Below are positions 23,794 to 36,457 of a DNA stretch of 64,000 bases, piece after piece. Location of the stretch: the NCBI GenBank assembly GCA_977030845.1, contig OZ365118.1:16678001-16742000 (forward strand), written 5' to 3'. The stretch is from Fimbriosthenelais zetlandica (Eukaryota). The stretch's first letter is position 1. Every line of letters begins with the position of its first letter. A program made the translations under genes and the position numbers. Under the pieces are notes generated by a model, which was not told where the DNA came from, ran no database searches, and worked only from the letters and a program-made list of their open reading frames with translations.

Positions 23794-26379
23794 GTGAGTT
23801 TTTCTTCCACTGCTCTCTTTCTGCCCACGATACTTTGTGATAAATTTATGGTCAATGTTTCCTTGTCTGCCTGTCCTTGTCTCTGGATGAGAAGGTGCCT
23901 CAATCCATCCATCTCGTTCGTCTGGCCCTGTAGTTTGTCTGCTTCCGAGTCTGTGTGTCCATCCTTATCCCAGGCTCCATATATCATTGACACCAGTTGA
24001 TCATATTCATAAAGCTCTAACATGGCTCCAATACAGTCCCTAATCATCCCTTATCACTCCATGCTTCCTAACTGCATAATAACCACAGAAAATGCTTGAT
24101 TGATGTAGGCTTAATAAACAGTTTAAGGCAGAGATAATGTCTGCGGTAGAACCCCAACCAATGAACATTGACAGCCTCGAGCGTTCAATCAAGAAATGCA
24201 TCTGTCATGTGACTGCGCTCGTGTTGGCGTCAAATTCACAAGGCGCCACCAAGGAGATCATGCCAATTAACCACTTGAGCACTCTCAGACCATCCCCTCA
24301 GATTCCATTTCTTGAATGACAGTAAGTGCTGAAAAAAGGTGCAGATGGCTGCATCCCACAACGCAGTACTTGATTCGGTGTCTGCACCTCTCACAATGTT
24401 TCCCAATTCAGTACATAAAATGACTTCCAGTTCATTACAGAATGCGCAGGATTGTCTTGCTAGGAATGTTTCTTTTTCTGAATGTTGTTTCTTTATCTTC
24501 ATCGGACCATCTCTATAGTGATAATCATCACCATCGGGGGAGTCCAGACCTGATAAAGAAGTCAGGCGAAAACGGAAGATACTGATTAAGAAAGCTATGG
24601 GGCAGACAGTGATGATTACATATTTTCTGTAACTTCTGGTTGTATACAGAGATTATCTCTGTATGATCCAATGTTGTCGCTTGTCTGCTGAGCTTTATTT
24701 ACATACAAATTTCTCTATATACAGAGTTTTGATGATAATGAGCGCATAATAAATGAGTACAGAGTCTATTAAACTGACAGAGATGAGCTGCATTAACATT
24801 TCACAGCCTGGAGCTTACAAATGCTGTATTTTCGCTTTAAAACTCAAGTTAATATATAATAGTAAGGTAGTCTCCGTGGATATAGTGGTTGGTTAAGTCA
24901 CCTTATCAACCATCTCCTGTTTATGTCTAGTAGAATACCCTTCCTGAAAGGGAAGATTTCTTTCTGAGAAAAGGTCCTATAGACCTATCAACGTATCGAC
25001 TCCTGTTTTAAGCTATTACATCGTGGGTCACTTTGGCAGCGCGTCCGGCTCATTGATGTAACCCAGTCTCTTGTAAATCTTTTAAAACACCTTCTGAGAT
25101 GACAGCCTGGGATCAGACTCACTAAAGGCTCTCCTGTGATTGGCTGCCCATTTCGTGAGGTCATCAGCTCACGTGACCTCCTGTTGCCTGGCACCCCACA
25201 GCTGCGGGATGGGCTACGCTGGCCAGGCGATAGTCGCCCATTGAATATACGAGCCTCGAGTCACTGTAGCACTGTTGGTAGGTTGAAAAGATTAGACAAA
25301 AACTGTGGAGAGGTGAGGTGAAAAAACAGGAAAAGTCAACAAGTAGGAAACAAAGCTGAAAAAGGAGCAGCATTGTTCCCATGTGAGCAACCCCCCGGAA
25401 CCCCCAAAGCAATCATGATTAGAGCGAAGCTAAGCCTGTTGGTTCTAAGGTTCATGGGGGCTCTGTGCTGTTGACCAGGGCGCCATTTTTACTCATTATA
25501 AACTCGGAGTAAAAAGTGTGGAAGGGATCCAGTGTCATGGACCGAGGGCTATCTTGAAAGGTCTGAGGTGATAGGCTGAGTGCCATCTCCTTAATGGAAT
25601 GAAGGGATTATACTCTCTTCCAAAGAGAGCATACTAGACAAACAATATGATTAAACATATATGGAAATGAAGGAGGTGAAAGCAACGGGATGAAAGGAGG
25701 AGTCAGTGAGGTTTAGATAACAAAAACATATGATTCTCTATTGAGAGCCCTACCTTCTAAAGTCTGTTGTTACTATTTTGTTTTGTTATTCCTATAATGG
25801 CATGAAGAGGATCCTGGCAAGTGAAACCCTCTCATGATGAATAGTCAATTTTCCATTTGGTGAAAAGAAGTAAGCCTGGCTGAATACAGAGGGTTTTTTA
25901 GTTGGCACTCGGCATTATCTCTCCAGGGCAGGGTATCGTGTTACATGTATACGCCCTGTCAACGAAATAAAACATGGAAAGCCTTATAATATATGTGAGG
26001 ACATAGAAGCTAAAGCCAGACCGTCATGGCATATCTGCCAGCATTTCCTGGCCATTGTTAGACAACTAGCTTTATTCATGCCTGGCCTCCACATATATCT
26101 ACCCACATTACAAAGACAGGTTATTGTTAAAAATAGGCGGGTGAGTGTGGAGGTATTCCTCAGGACTGCCATGCAATCAATCTGTTATTTAATGTATGTA
26201 GGTGTGTATTCTGCAGTCCCGGCTCCCTCCTGGGTTTTGGTGTGTGGGGTATCAATGATGCATAGACCCAGGAGGGAGCTAATCCTCTGGATGTATTTCA
26301 TTGTGCTCGTGAATTACACTCCATGACTGTGAATACGATATAAGGCCAGGTGCCCAGCTACTCTGCTAGGAGGCAGGCA

Positions 26380-26750
26380 GGGAATGGTTGTGGGGGTGTA
26401 GGTGGGTGGGGTTGAGGGGTTGGCTGTGGGTGGTAGTGGGGTTGAGGGTGGGGATGGGGGATAAGGTAGTGGTGGTGGTGGGGTTGAATGTTTTGGGGTA
26501 GTGGGTGTTTGGTGGGGGTTGGGGTGGGAGCTAGTGGTGGTAAGAATGAGGATAGTCAGGTGGAGTGGGGGGAGTGGTTGTGGATATTTGGTGGGGGTTG
26601 GGATGGGGAGCTAGTGGTGGTAAGAATGAGGATAGTGAGGTGGGGTGGGGGGAGTGGTTGTGAATATTTGGTGGGGTTGGGGTGGGGAGCTAGTGGTGGT
26701 AAGAATGAGGATATATATATAGTAAGGTGGGGTGGGGGGAGTGGTTGCTG
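26380..26750. repeat. G-rich minisatellite, about 80-bp unit x3, with a G-run leader
   Basis: gagctagtggtggtaagaatgaggat occurs at 26528, 26608 and 26687, with many GGG runs. Confidence 0.92.
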
Positions 26751-27649
26751 CAGTATATATGGTTATTCCAAGAACAGAAAGTCAGATGCAGGACTATGTA
26801 CAGAAAAAATTCCATGCAGAAAAAAGTCCATATATATACGAGAGCCATCCACCATGAGATTTACCCATCCATTCCTCTACAAACAAGACGTACAAACCGT
26901 ATATATATACCAGAGTTTTTTCCATTTATAAGTAAGCGTGTCTACAGAATAGATGTATCCCATCAGAGAAAACTTTGATGAATGTCCTTTATAATTATAT
27001 TCTGTGAGATGGTAAAGAACTAGTCAAGTCTGGAATCTGTGTGGCGAGGTACAAATTGAATATCTCGAGTCTGGAAAGAAGACCTTTCTTCTTTATATTT
27101 TCCCTACCCAGAGATAGTACATCTTCTCTGTACATGAAACACCGCTATATTGTTTCTTGGACTTGCAATTATGTAAAGATCGTCTATGTACCCTAGTCAT
27201 TGAGAGCATTCCATGTCCCACTTACATTGAGAGCCGAGTGTACTGTACCCCCGAGCAACAGAATACCATAACTCTGAAATGCCATTGTTGAACACTAATT
27301 AAAAATGATCCATTGTTTACCCAAGTTAAGCATAGGGATCTACAAGGCTTAAAGGGCTGCCTTGTCAATACTTGAACTCCTGGAAATACAAAGACCGGCG
27401 GAGATTCCCGTTCAGTAGAGTACCAATTTCCGGGTCTATACACTTTGTTTCTTCCTTTTCCACAAGACAATCTGGGTTCTGAAGAAGGCAGATCATTCAA
27501 TTAAATACAATCAATGGATCTGAAATGTATTCAGCAAAAAGCAGTTTACTAGGACCTAATCATCAGATCATTTTGATGTTTCATTTGATAGTATCATGAT
27601 GATGGAGCTTTTAGTTTTCAAGAGAACTCTGCAAACATTTGACACAGTA

Positions 27650-29620
27650 ATTAAGCTTGTAAATTCCATTATTACATCCATAGCATCGTCCGACCAAGGA
27701 GCCTTGATGTCTTTGACATCTTAAATAACACCAGAAATCATCTATTTGTCATTATGTGCAGCAAACTTTCACTGATCTGATTGTTGAAAACCATTGACAA
27801 GTCATCATCTGCAGGCTTTCAGAGAAGCAGACCATTTCCTCTCAGATATTTTATTTCTGGATGTTCAGAGTTGACTATCACTCGAACATCAATACCTATC
27901 ATGATCAGGGGATCATGCTTGACAAGCCATGATGCCCAATGTCCAGATGGAATCTTTCCCCTGTCGCTCTAAGTGTCACAAACCTGTCATAGAGTCACAC
28001 TCCCATCAGATAAAACAAGAGTACGAATTTGTGACCAAAATAATTTGAGCGATAATAGGTGCTGCTGCCGCCAGTCCAGTCCGCTTATCACCAGGGTCTT
28101 TAATATGAATAGGTTGTAGTGGTTGTTCCACTTCTAATCCTTACCAAAACATCTTATGAATATACATTATGAGCTTTTCCCCTTTCATTATGATACTATA
28201 ATGGGGTACTTTTTATCAGGAAATGTGCTTGTTATTATACATTAGTGTTGTAAACAGGAGGCCATATATATAGGAACACTAATGGGGAGGAAGCTGTGGA
28301 TATGAATAGATTATTTCCCGCTAGTTTTCCCAAAGCTGTATATATATTGAAATATCGGAACCTTTGATTCCTTCCTCCTCTGTTCTTTGTGGAAAACATG
28401 CTATTGAACAGAACAATAAAGAAATAATGACTTAATTTGAAATTTTATAACAATTTTGCCTGAGAAGAATCAATTGCCTAGTACTAATCCTTGCAAACTT
28501 TCATGCATCGTTTACCGCAGTTCCCATTAGGCCATGAAAAGAATCTTTCTCCATTGGGTCCAGTCTATTATTTTTCATGGAACATGGAATTATCTTGGGG
28601 CAATTAAACTACTAAGTAGCCAATTATAAGGCCCATCATCTTCCACAACACATAGACACATGCAAACTAGTTCCCTCGTGGCAAACCTGCATTAACCTAT
28701 TCTCACAGCACCAATAGCATGACAAAAGTTTCAGCCTATCTTCTCTCCTTTTCCTGTGGGGGATGAAAATGTCGGTGCTCAATGGCCTTGTGGCTAATAC
28801 TACAAGTCAAATACCATGCGCTAACTCTCTCTGTGATGACTTTAAAGTACCCCTATGGGAAGGAAACAATGAGAGAGCAAAAATTCTAATAATGAAGAAC
28901 CTTCAAAAACAGGAATTAGCGCACTGAATGAAGCATTCAGCTTATGTAAACAATTTACGTCAGGCCTGGTCAAACTGTCGGCCATTGTTAGGTCACGCCA
29001 TCTATCTTTTTAACCAATCAGCATCGCGGCAGACATTTAGTGCGGACCTTGCCCCATCACGCAGAGCTAGAAGAGCCGGTTGTGGTCCATTTTCGTAAGA
29101 CGATGACCTTCGTTATAGGGATGTATCCATCAAGGTGCAGACTTTAACCTAATAAACGGATAGGGGTATGAATCACCTTAATGTGGCCGTACCACCTCAC
29201 TTGGTGCTGATAGTCCTAGAGAAAGCACATGCTTCTCAAATCCGGCCATAATCCTTTTCCTGAATCTCGTTAACAGTATTTCTCTTTCACTGGATTGCAA
29301 GGTCATCATATGTCACACCAGGGGTTAGTTCGATCATAAAAATACTTTCCAGCATAAGGGATTGTTCATTATTTTGTGGCTTCACCTTTATAAAAAGAAA
29401 TACTTCCCTACCCAGACCCTATTTGGTGATATTTGACTGGCTGTATGTGGGAGGTAGACAGTAGCCAGCGATTTAAGCTTTCAAGGCCTTTTTTGACCTG
29501 CTAGGCATGACCTGCAGCTGGACCTAGCACCATGCCCATGTACTGACACCAAAGATGAATGATACAAACTGACTGAGGATTGGAAAATCCATGGGGACTG
29601 ATGTCCTGGGGAAAGCTCTA
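27650..29620 (-). pseudogene. Candidate decayed LOTUS + Tudor (TDRD5/TDRD7-like) gene copy
   Basis: LOTUS-like MLESIFMIELTPGVTYDDLAIQ*KRNTVNEIQEKDYG (29360-29245). Tudor-like CLCVVEDDGPYNWLLSSLIAPR*FHVP*KIIDW (28660-28560). Extended-Tudor-like DVKDIKAPWSDDAMDVIMEF (27720-27661). Many stops and frameshifts. Confidence 0.35.
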
Positions 29621-32600
29621 GCAGGAGGGGACATTATACAGTTGTACGGTCCTAGATGTAAAAATCTAAAAGCCAACTGGCATGCCATGCCTGCGTAATA
29701 TCACATTTTTACTATCGATACATACTGCTATATTGATGGTATGATTCACGGGGAAATGGAAGAAAAGGTGGAATAGAATATATAGAAGGTATATATAAGA
29801 AGGTTGCACAGGGAAGGATAAAAACAGGAAGGGAGGTAGAATATAGGGAGGGAAATCTGAAGGAAATGCAGTAAAGAAGTAAGGGAGAGAACAAGCTTGG
29901 GTGAGATGCCCGAAAACTAGGAAGGAAAGGAGGCATAAATTATGGAATGAAGTGGGAAAAACTGAATGATCCTGATATGAAAATGATAGTGAAGGGAACG
30001 TGAAAGGATATCGGATAGATGAAATCATAAAATCACCGTCCTGTTTACAAACTTTTCACGAGCCAAGTAGGAAGACCTTGCCTCACATTGCATTGCAGGT
30101 AGAGGCATATTTTATGGATAACTGAGTAGAGATGAGACGGCGACGGCGAAAGTTGAGTTGATCCATCCAACAAAACCGGATGGTAGAACTAGAGATGGTG
30201 ATTTATTTAAGGCTCTTTTGATAATGAACTTGCTTCAGTGATAGGTGCGAGGTCTGCCTGCCTGGACAAAGACATGCTACGCCATATCTTCCAAAAGATA
30301 AACGTAAATGATGGAATGCAGAAGCTTCGCATTTCTTCGAGTTAGCGCATCATTCTTGTTTTCCTCTCAGTTATATGAGATTATGCGTCTGGAAATTATC
30401 TGTTATCCTATGTCTATTAAAGCATCGGAGCCAGTCGAGGCTTTTGAAGAATCAAGTTGCCTCCGTCCTTATTCTGCGCTGTATATTACATTATGCAGAA
30501 ATCTTGAGAAGACCATGGCCAGCTAAAACTAATCATTAGATTATAAATCAATTGTAAAGCAATGATAGATCATTAGCCATCAAAGTCTGAACAAAGTAGA
30601 CTGGGATGAGCAGCATGCCGAGCTCTTGAATGATGAGCTCAATATCCATTAGTGCCTTTTTGTTCACGGAGAGCGCCATCGGATACCCATTGCTTTTTTG
30701 CTTTCACTTTTCTGTTTAATCGTGAAGCTATTTGTTTGGCCAGTCCCCTATTACCATTCTCCTTGCGTTATGAATGAGGGGACTGGTTGTTATTAATTGG
30801 GTTATTACTGTTGGCAGAGTCCCTCAGCAAGAGTTATAGATCATAACAGGATTTTAATCTTTGTTTCCAAACCCTTATATTTGCTTCAGTTGACATTTTC
30901 ACCATAGCTGCTAAGACTTGGGGGACTTGTTTCTTAAGTTGTTACTATGAAGTGCATGTGCATGGCATTGATCTGAACTTGCAGAAAGTTTGTTTCAATA
31001 GGGGAGATTGTACATTGTTGAATCATATTTCAGTCTTCGACCTATGAAATATTTACCTATAGTTCTTTCAATTTGTTTGTAACATGAATCTTTGGATTGA
31101 GACAATTCAGCTTTGTACCTATTTTCAATGACTTCATCTTGTTTTACACATCTCCAAATTAACCTTCACGAACATGTTTGGCTTATGTTTGCCCTTTTGA
31201 ATATGATGACGAACTCTAGCTCCGACTCGGTTGACGCCTTACATTTATTTAATGGAAAAAGCATCGCCTTTATCTCATATTCCCAGTCATGGCAAGCTTA
31301 TGTTGCATGATCTGTTTAAGTGACTAAAATCTAGTCACCATTACAGCATTTCCATAATAGGTTTTCTCTTCTAGCCTTGAATTACACGGTTCTGGCTGGA
31401 GCAGGCCAGCCGCTGCTTTTTCTACTGTTAACTAGTAAAATTGTCAGCTCTCCCGTGAAAATCTCTCCACTCGTCACATGAGAGCGAGAATCTCATCGAT
31501 CACGTGGACGAGAAGTACGGGAAGGACATGCGCATATTGTGAGAAGTAAAGAAGTGTGAAGAGGACACTGAATAAGCAGGGTGAAAGAGGTGAATATGTG
31601 TAGGTTACTATCTGGCCTATGCTAATGCATGCTTCCCGAGATTACCACTCACAGTACTTACTTTATCCACTCACTGAAAGATATACAATCTACTAGTGAC
31701 TAACATTTATGTTGTCTTGGGAGAAACTTATGAATCTGCGCAAAAAAACATCAATTTAAGGCATTGTGTGTTCTATTATGTCCTAAATCAATGTTGTGCT
31801 TCGCTCAGGAGTTAACTGACAAAGCAAAGCTGCTCCATTGTCCATGATTGGCCACTCTGAATCCTATTTGACCTCAATCATAAGCTTATCTGTCTGATAT
31901 AGATATATATATTCATCACACTTAGAAGTACTAGAAACAGGTCCTAGACAGAGTTAGCGACAAATGAGCTCTTAGATTTGTATTTGATACGCTGCACTTC
32001 TTAAGTTAATATGAAAACCGCTGGAGGGGAAATAGCATCATCCATCATTTGCCTGTAATGTAGCACTGTCAAGTGAAGAGTTCATCACTTCCGCTTTGGG
32101 CCCAATCAGAAGCTCAAATTAAGTGGTTCAAGCTAGAAGCTAGGATAGTGTGCATACATTCCACCAGGGGACAGCGGCCTTGTGCTGACCTCTGGATGTA
32201 GATTCACTCTCCTGGCATAATCACCTCGTGACCTTGACATTTTCATATTTTCAAGGCTGTACTGAAATGGCGGCCATTTTGAATTTCTTGCGTGAAGGCT
32301 TTATATGGGAAACCCAATCTCCTGTCGAAATACAGTCAGAATTCCATACAAAACAAGCATAAAACTATTCTCTGTACCACCCAATATCCTCTCTTCTGTT
32401 CTAAGTCCTTGGTAAAAGAAATTCAGATGGACTATAAGGGGGTCAGGGTCAAGAGCCTAGAGAACAGCACTGCTTTCTGAGCCTCATACACTAAGCCCTA
32501 ATTCTTATTTACCTGTATTGCAAATGGCCTGGTCAAGGATTTGGTGGGGCTTGTGACCACTTAGTGAATTCTCTGTGGAGAGGAGACCTATCCCCTGACT

Positions 32601-33449
32601 CCGCTCTGCCATGTCAAGGGTTCTGGCAGGCCGGCCAGGGTGCTAATTGACATGACCAACACACACAAGTAGAACTTGTCAAAATCTCTATGCATGCCTC
32701 TCAGTCATGCAATTGTAGGCTTATATATACGGACGACACATCGGACAAAGAAGTATCAGTGTTGAATGTGTAGTCTTTAAAAAGATGCCCTATTCAACGT
32801 TTTCTGGCCGTATTGTTGCCAAGAAACAGATCTATAAAGTTACATTGGGTGACTGTAGACATTTTGGGAGATTTGGTGCCCTTTGTGGAGAGATAAAGTT
32901 CATCCTGTTAGCAGGAACCTTAAGTGCAATGTCTGCTGAAATATCCCATCTCAAATGCCATTTTGGAAAGTGTAATTTGACCATCAGGGGCCAATGGGAG
33001 AAACAAAAACATTGAAGACACAACCCTGCAGGTCTGATCTCGGTTAAATCTAGATCACAAATTATTCAACATACTTGGGTGCTACCTAATGCTGGCCATT
33101 GCCTGAAATGAGTAAAACCCATTAATGGGCCTTACTCAGAACTGGCAACAGTACCTCGCAATCCCCGCTAGCAATCCAATAGATCAGGAGTTAAAGATTC
33201 AAAGGTCCAACTGATGGCACCACTCTTGTTCAAGCAATATAGGCTACGGCACAAAGTGGTTTGGTAAACAAAATGAAGTTCAGGTAGGGAAAAGAATGCC
33301 GCCCCAAGCACATGTATACCTGCTGAGGGAATTATGTGCAGGAACAGCTCTGTGTGACGTAATGGTTATTTGAGTTCAAGGATATGAGTTCAAATACTGA
33401 TGGTAATAATCTGATGGCCCCCTGTCATATGACCGCCATGAGTGACATA

Positions 33450-34900
33450 TGAACATTCGGGGTAATTGAAATTTGACTTGAATATGGGATCATTGAGCTT
33501 TTATTAACCTCAATAACCTGCACATAGATGACAATCACTGTCCCGATGAAACAAACTTACTGTCGCAAATTCATTTCCTGAACTTTTCTTATACACTTTC
33601 TGTACATTAAATTCTTCATCCGAGTACCACACTCTCGGATATGAATGATTAATAGTTGGCAAGAGCCAAGAGATTACTCATTACTCTAGGGTTTCCAATT
33701 ATTCTTTTTCCCATGCATCAACGTGTCATTCTTTCCAAATGACTACAAATGCATATTCATCCACAGTATCTACAGGGACACTCATAAAAGTAGTCCCGGT
33801 GATATTGGAAAACAAAAATAACCTTTCATCGGTAATGATTGGTGACTTTTATATCTCGCGAGGTGGAAATTTGTGTGACACTCTCGTATAGGCATTGGGT
33901 TGTAAAACCTGCGAGTTCAGGGTAACGTGAACGACCTAAATGTAATTGGCACCGGCGTAGGTTCCCATGTGGCTGAGTGCAGTGCCTTGAACCTTGAATT
34001 ATGTGTTTGAAGGTATTATTCCCATACTGTTATATCTGGGAATTTTCTCACGCTGACAGACACCAATATGTGAAAAAGAGTCCCATGGGTAACATCACCG
34101 GCATCACTAGACATTCCCCCTCCATGATCAACCTGAATAACGATCGTTAGTTTACAGCTTGTGAATGTTCACCAGAGTCATTAATTGAAGTCGTTGCATT
34201 AATTAGAATCCTCCACCACTAGCTATCATTGACATGTGGTCCGTTATTTCCAGGTCGTTGCTCTGGAGACAACTTTATTGATAGAGACTTGCTCACGTTC
34301 CCAGTGCATTTTAAAGTCGGCTCTGAATTTTGTTACTTTTGTTGTCAAGTATGACTGTGAAATGTGTTCATTGTTACATGGGTTACCATTGACTTGGTTA
34401 CCATTGACAAAGACTGAGGGTTTGCTTGCATCTACACTCGATTAATTTCAAAAATCGTATTGCAGCAATCTGCAAAAACTACACCTATCTCAACCATTTC
34501 TGCAATTGCATTATGTACATCTGCTAACATGCATTAGCCGAGTTTTCAAAGGCCCGCTGACAGTTAAACCTTTCTTTGAATATGTCAAAGTATGCCAATG
34601 TATTTCTAAATTAAATTCAACAATTATAAGCCAGACATAACAGGATAAGGCTCAGAAGGTATTATTCAGTCCCGGATAGTATTCTTCCGCTTCTATCATC
34701 AAAATCTGAAGTGATCCAATAACAAAAACGTCCACCCTTCCTGAATCAAAGAGCAGTTCCTGAAGTGCTTTTTGATATGCAATTGCCTTGGCGTTGATCT
34801 CTAGGGACTTTTTCGCAATAACCTACATTCCATTATCCCGCAGCCATACTACGTGCTAATGTCGCATAACTCTTTTTTATGAAACAGCCCCTAAAAGCAC
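33450..34900 (-). mobile_element. Decayed Ty3/Gypsy gag(-pro) remnant
   Basis: ELCDIST*YGCGIMECRLLRK/(frameshift)SLEINAKAIAYQKALQE (34880-34755) matches the gag RDxxVxG..RLLxExxLxLxKAI pattern. Zinc-knuckle-like CRYCG...SFGK...GKKNNW at ~33780-33690. IQVKFQL at ~33485-33465 sits where VKFQxDTG would be. LTRs not found. Confidence 0.45.
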
Positions 34901-36443
34901 TTGACTCGACCATCTCTGCTGCTCAGTTGATATGATAGAGCATTTCATATGGCAGCTGATGGAGGTGCATTTTTTCAAGCCTCGTATGAATAGCTCCTAA
35001 TGAATCCAGTTCGATTGATTGCACGCTCCAAGTCTGGTCGCTTTTGGTGTTTATGTCATTCTAATAATACTCGACTGGGAATGGATCACTCTTTAACGGC
35101 ACTGATGGAAACTGCCATGTCGATTTGCAGCCCTCCCTTGCGTGATGAATGCTTAATTTGCCTCCTAACTTCATCATGAGTGTCAGCACCTATAAGCAGG
35201 GCACAAAGGCATCATATCTAACCATTAATTAAACCAGGCAAGGATGCAGGCATTCTCTTATGATTCCCTGCTTTTGTATCGACCTTCCCATTGCTTCAAA
35301 CCATAAACCCCAACTTGGACCAAACCTGCCTACCAATACAACTTCCGCTACAACTCTCCCATGAAATTATTCCCACCCAAAAAAAACACTCTGTTGGATA
35401 TTGGCTCTTCTCCCATTGAGGATTTGTCGTGAATTTGAAGCCGTCGTGTGAAGAGCGTTGGGGGTTTTCGAAATCATGCACATTCTGATTGTACTTGTCG
35501 CTTGGCTAGACACTTTGCATGACAATCGTTGTCGCTATTAAGTAAATCTTGAACCACAGGCTGGCATTAGCACATCACTTTCCACCACATGACTTCTCTT
35601 AAGTAGCACAACGTTGTCGCTTCTAGCTGCGAGCTTCTGTAAAAAAACAAGTCATAATAATGGGGATATTCGATTAAAAATACAATTAGATTTCTCTTTC
35701 TCCTCTGTAATATCCTCTCGCTTCGTCCATGTCTTTTCGCACTCTCTGCCTTTCCCTTCCTATTTCACTATTCACTACTGTTTGTTCCTTTGGTTCTAGT
35801 TACCAATCAAATGGTAATAGAGTTCAAAGTTATATATAATCGTTTTGTGGTTACAAATGCCTTTTGCAGTGCCTTATTACCATTCGTATTCTCCGGTACT
35901 ACTCAACTTGAACGGAAATTAGTTTAGTTATGTAGACAAATATTAAATGAATCACATTGCTCTACTCTCTCCCCTACCTCCCTAAAACCACACATCCTGG
36001 CTCCCTGCCATTTATACATAAAAGAATAAAACACATTTTATGAACAAAGTAATCATTTTTATGAATGCTCCATACCGAAACAGGTCTCAAATAGAGGGTT
36101 TGCGCTGGAGATAATGGAGATTGAAAGGCATTTGAAACAGCTCGAATTGCCGTGATTGCTTGTTTTATCTGCTGAATTATAAGATATTAAGCCCTGTTCA
36201 GGATACATTGAACAATCTGTCATTTGATCCTCTATAAAACAATTTTAATGTCATGTTTATCAGATTTGAACGTACGAGTGAGCAATATGTACAGCTCTAC
36301 AACAAAAAATAAATGAATTATTCAGTGCATTTCGTGGCTTGCCTGAAAATTATAGACATTGTCATTCATGACTGATATTTGACCGGAAATTGCATGATAG
36401 ATTATAATCACTGTGTCACGTGTGTCATGTTTTCATGGCATTA

Positions 36444-36457
36444 GCTGCCATGGCAAC
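36444..36457. promoter_or_regulatory. RFX X-box-like motif GCTGCCATGGCAAC
   Basis: One mismatch to GTTGCCATGGCAAC; no target gene identified. Confidence 0.25.

Noticed and set aside
24875-24905. tRNA/SINE A-box-like tggatatagtgg
   Set aside because: There is no B-box or cloverleaf.
26488-26931. 147-aa Gly/Trp-rich ORF (and HPPT-rich ORFs at 2687-2957)
   Set aside because: These are reading-frame by-products of simple tandem repeats.
29100-29230. LHLDGY motif suggesting Polinton/adintovirus pPolB
   Set aside because: No DxxSLYP, KxxxNSxYG or YxDTD motifs were found nearby, and the LOTUS reading in an adjacent frame fits better.
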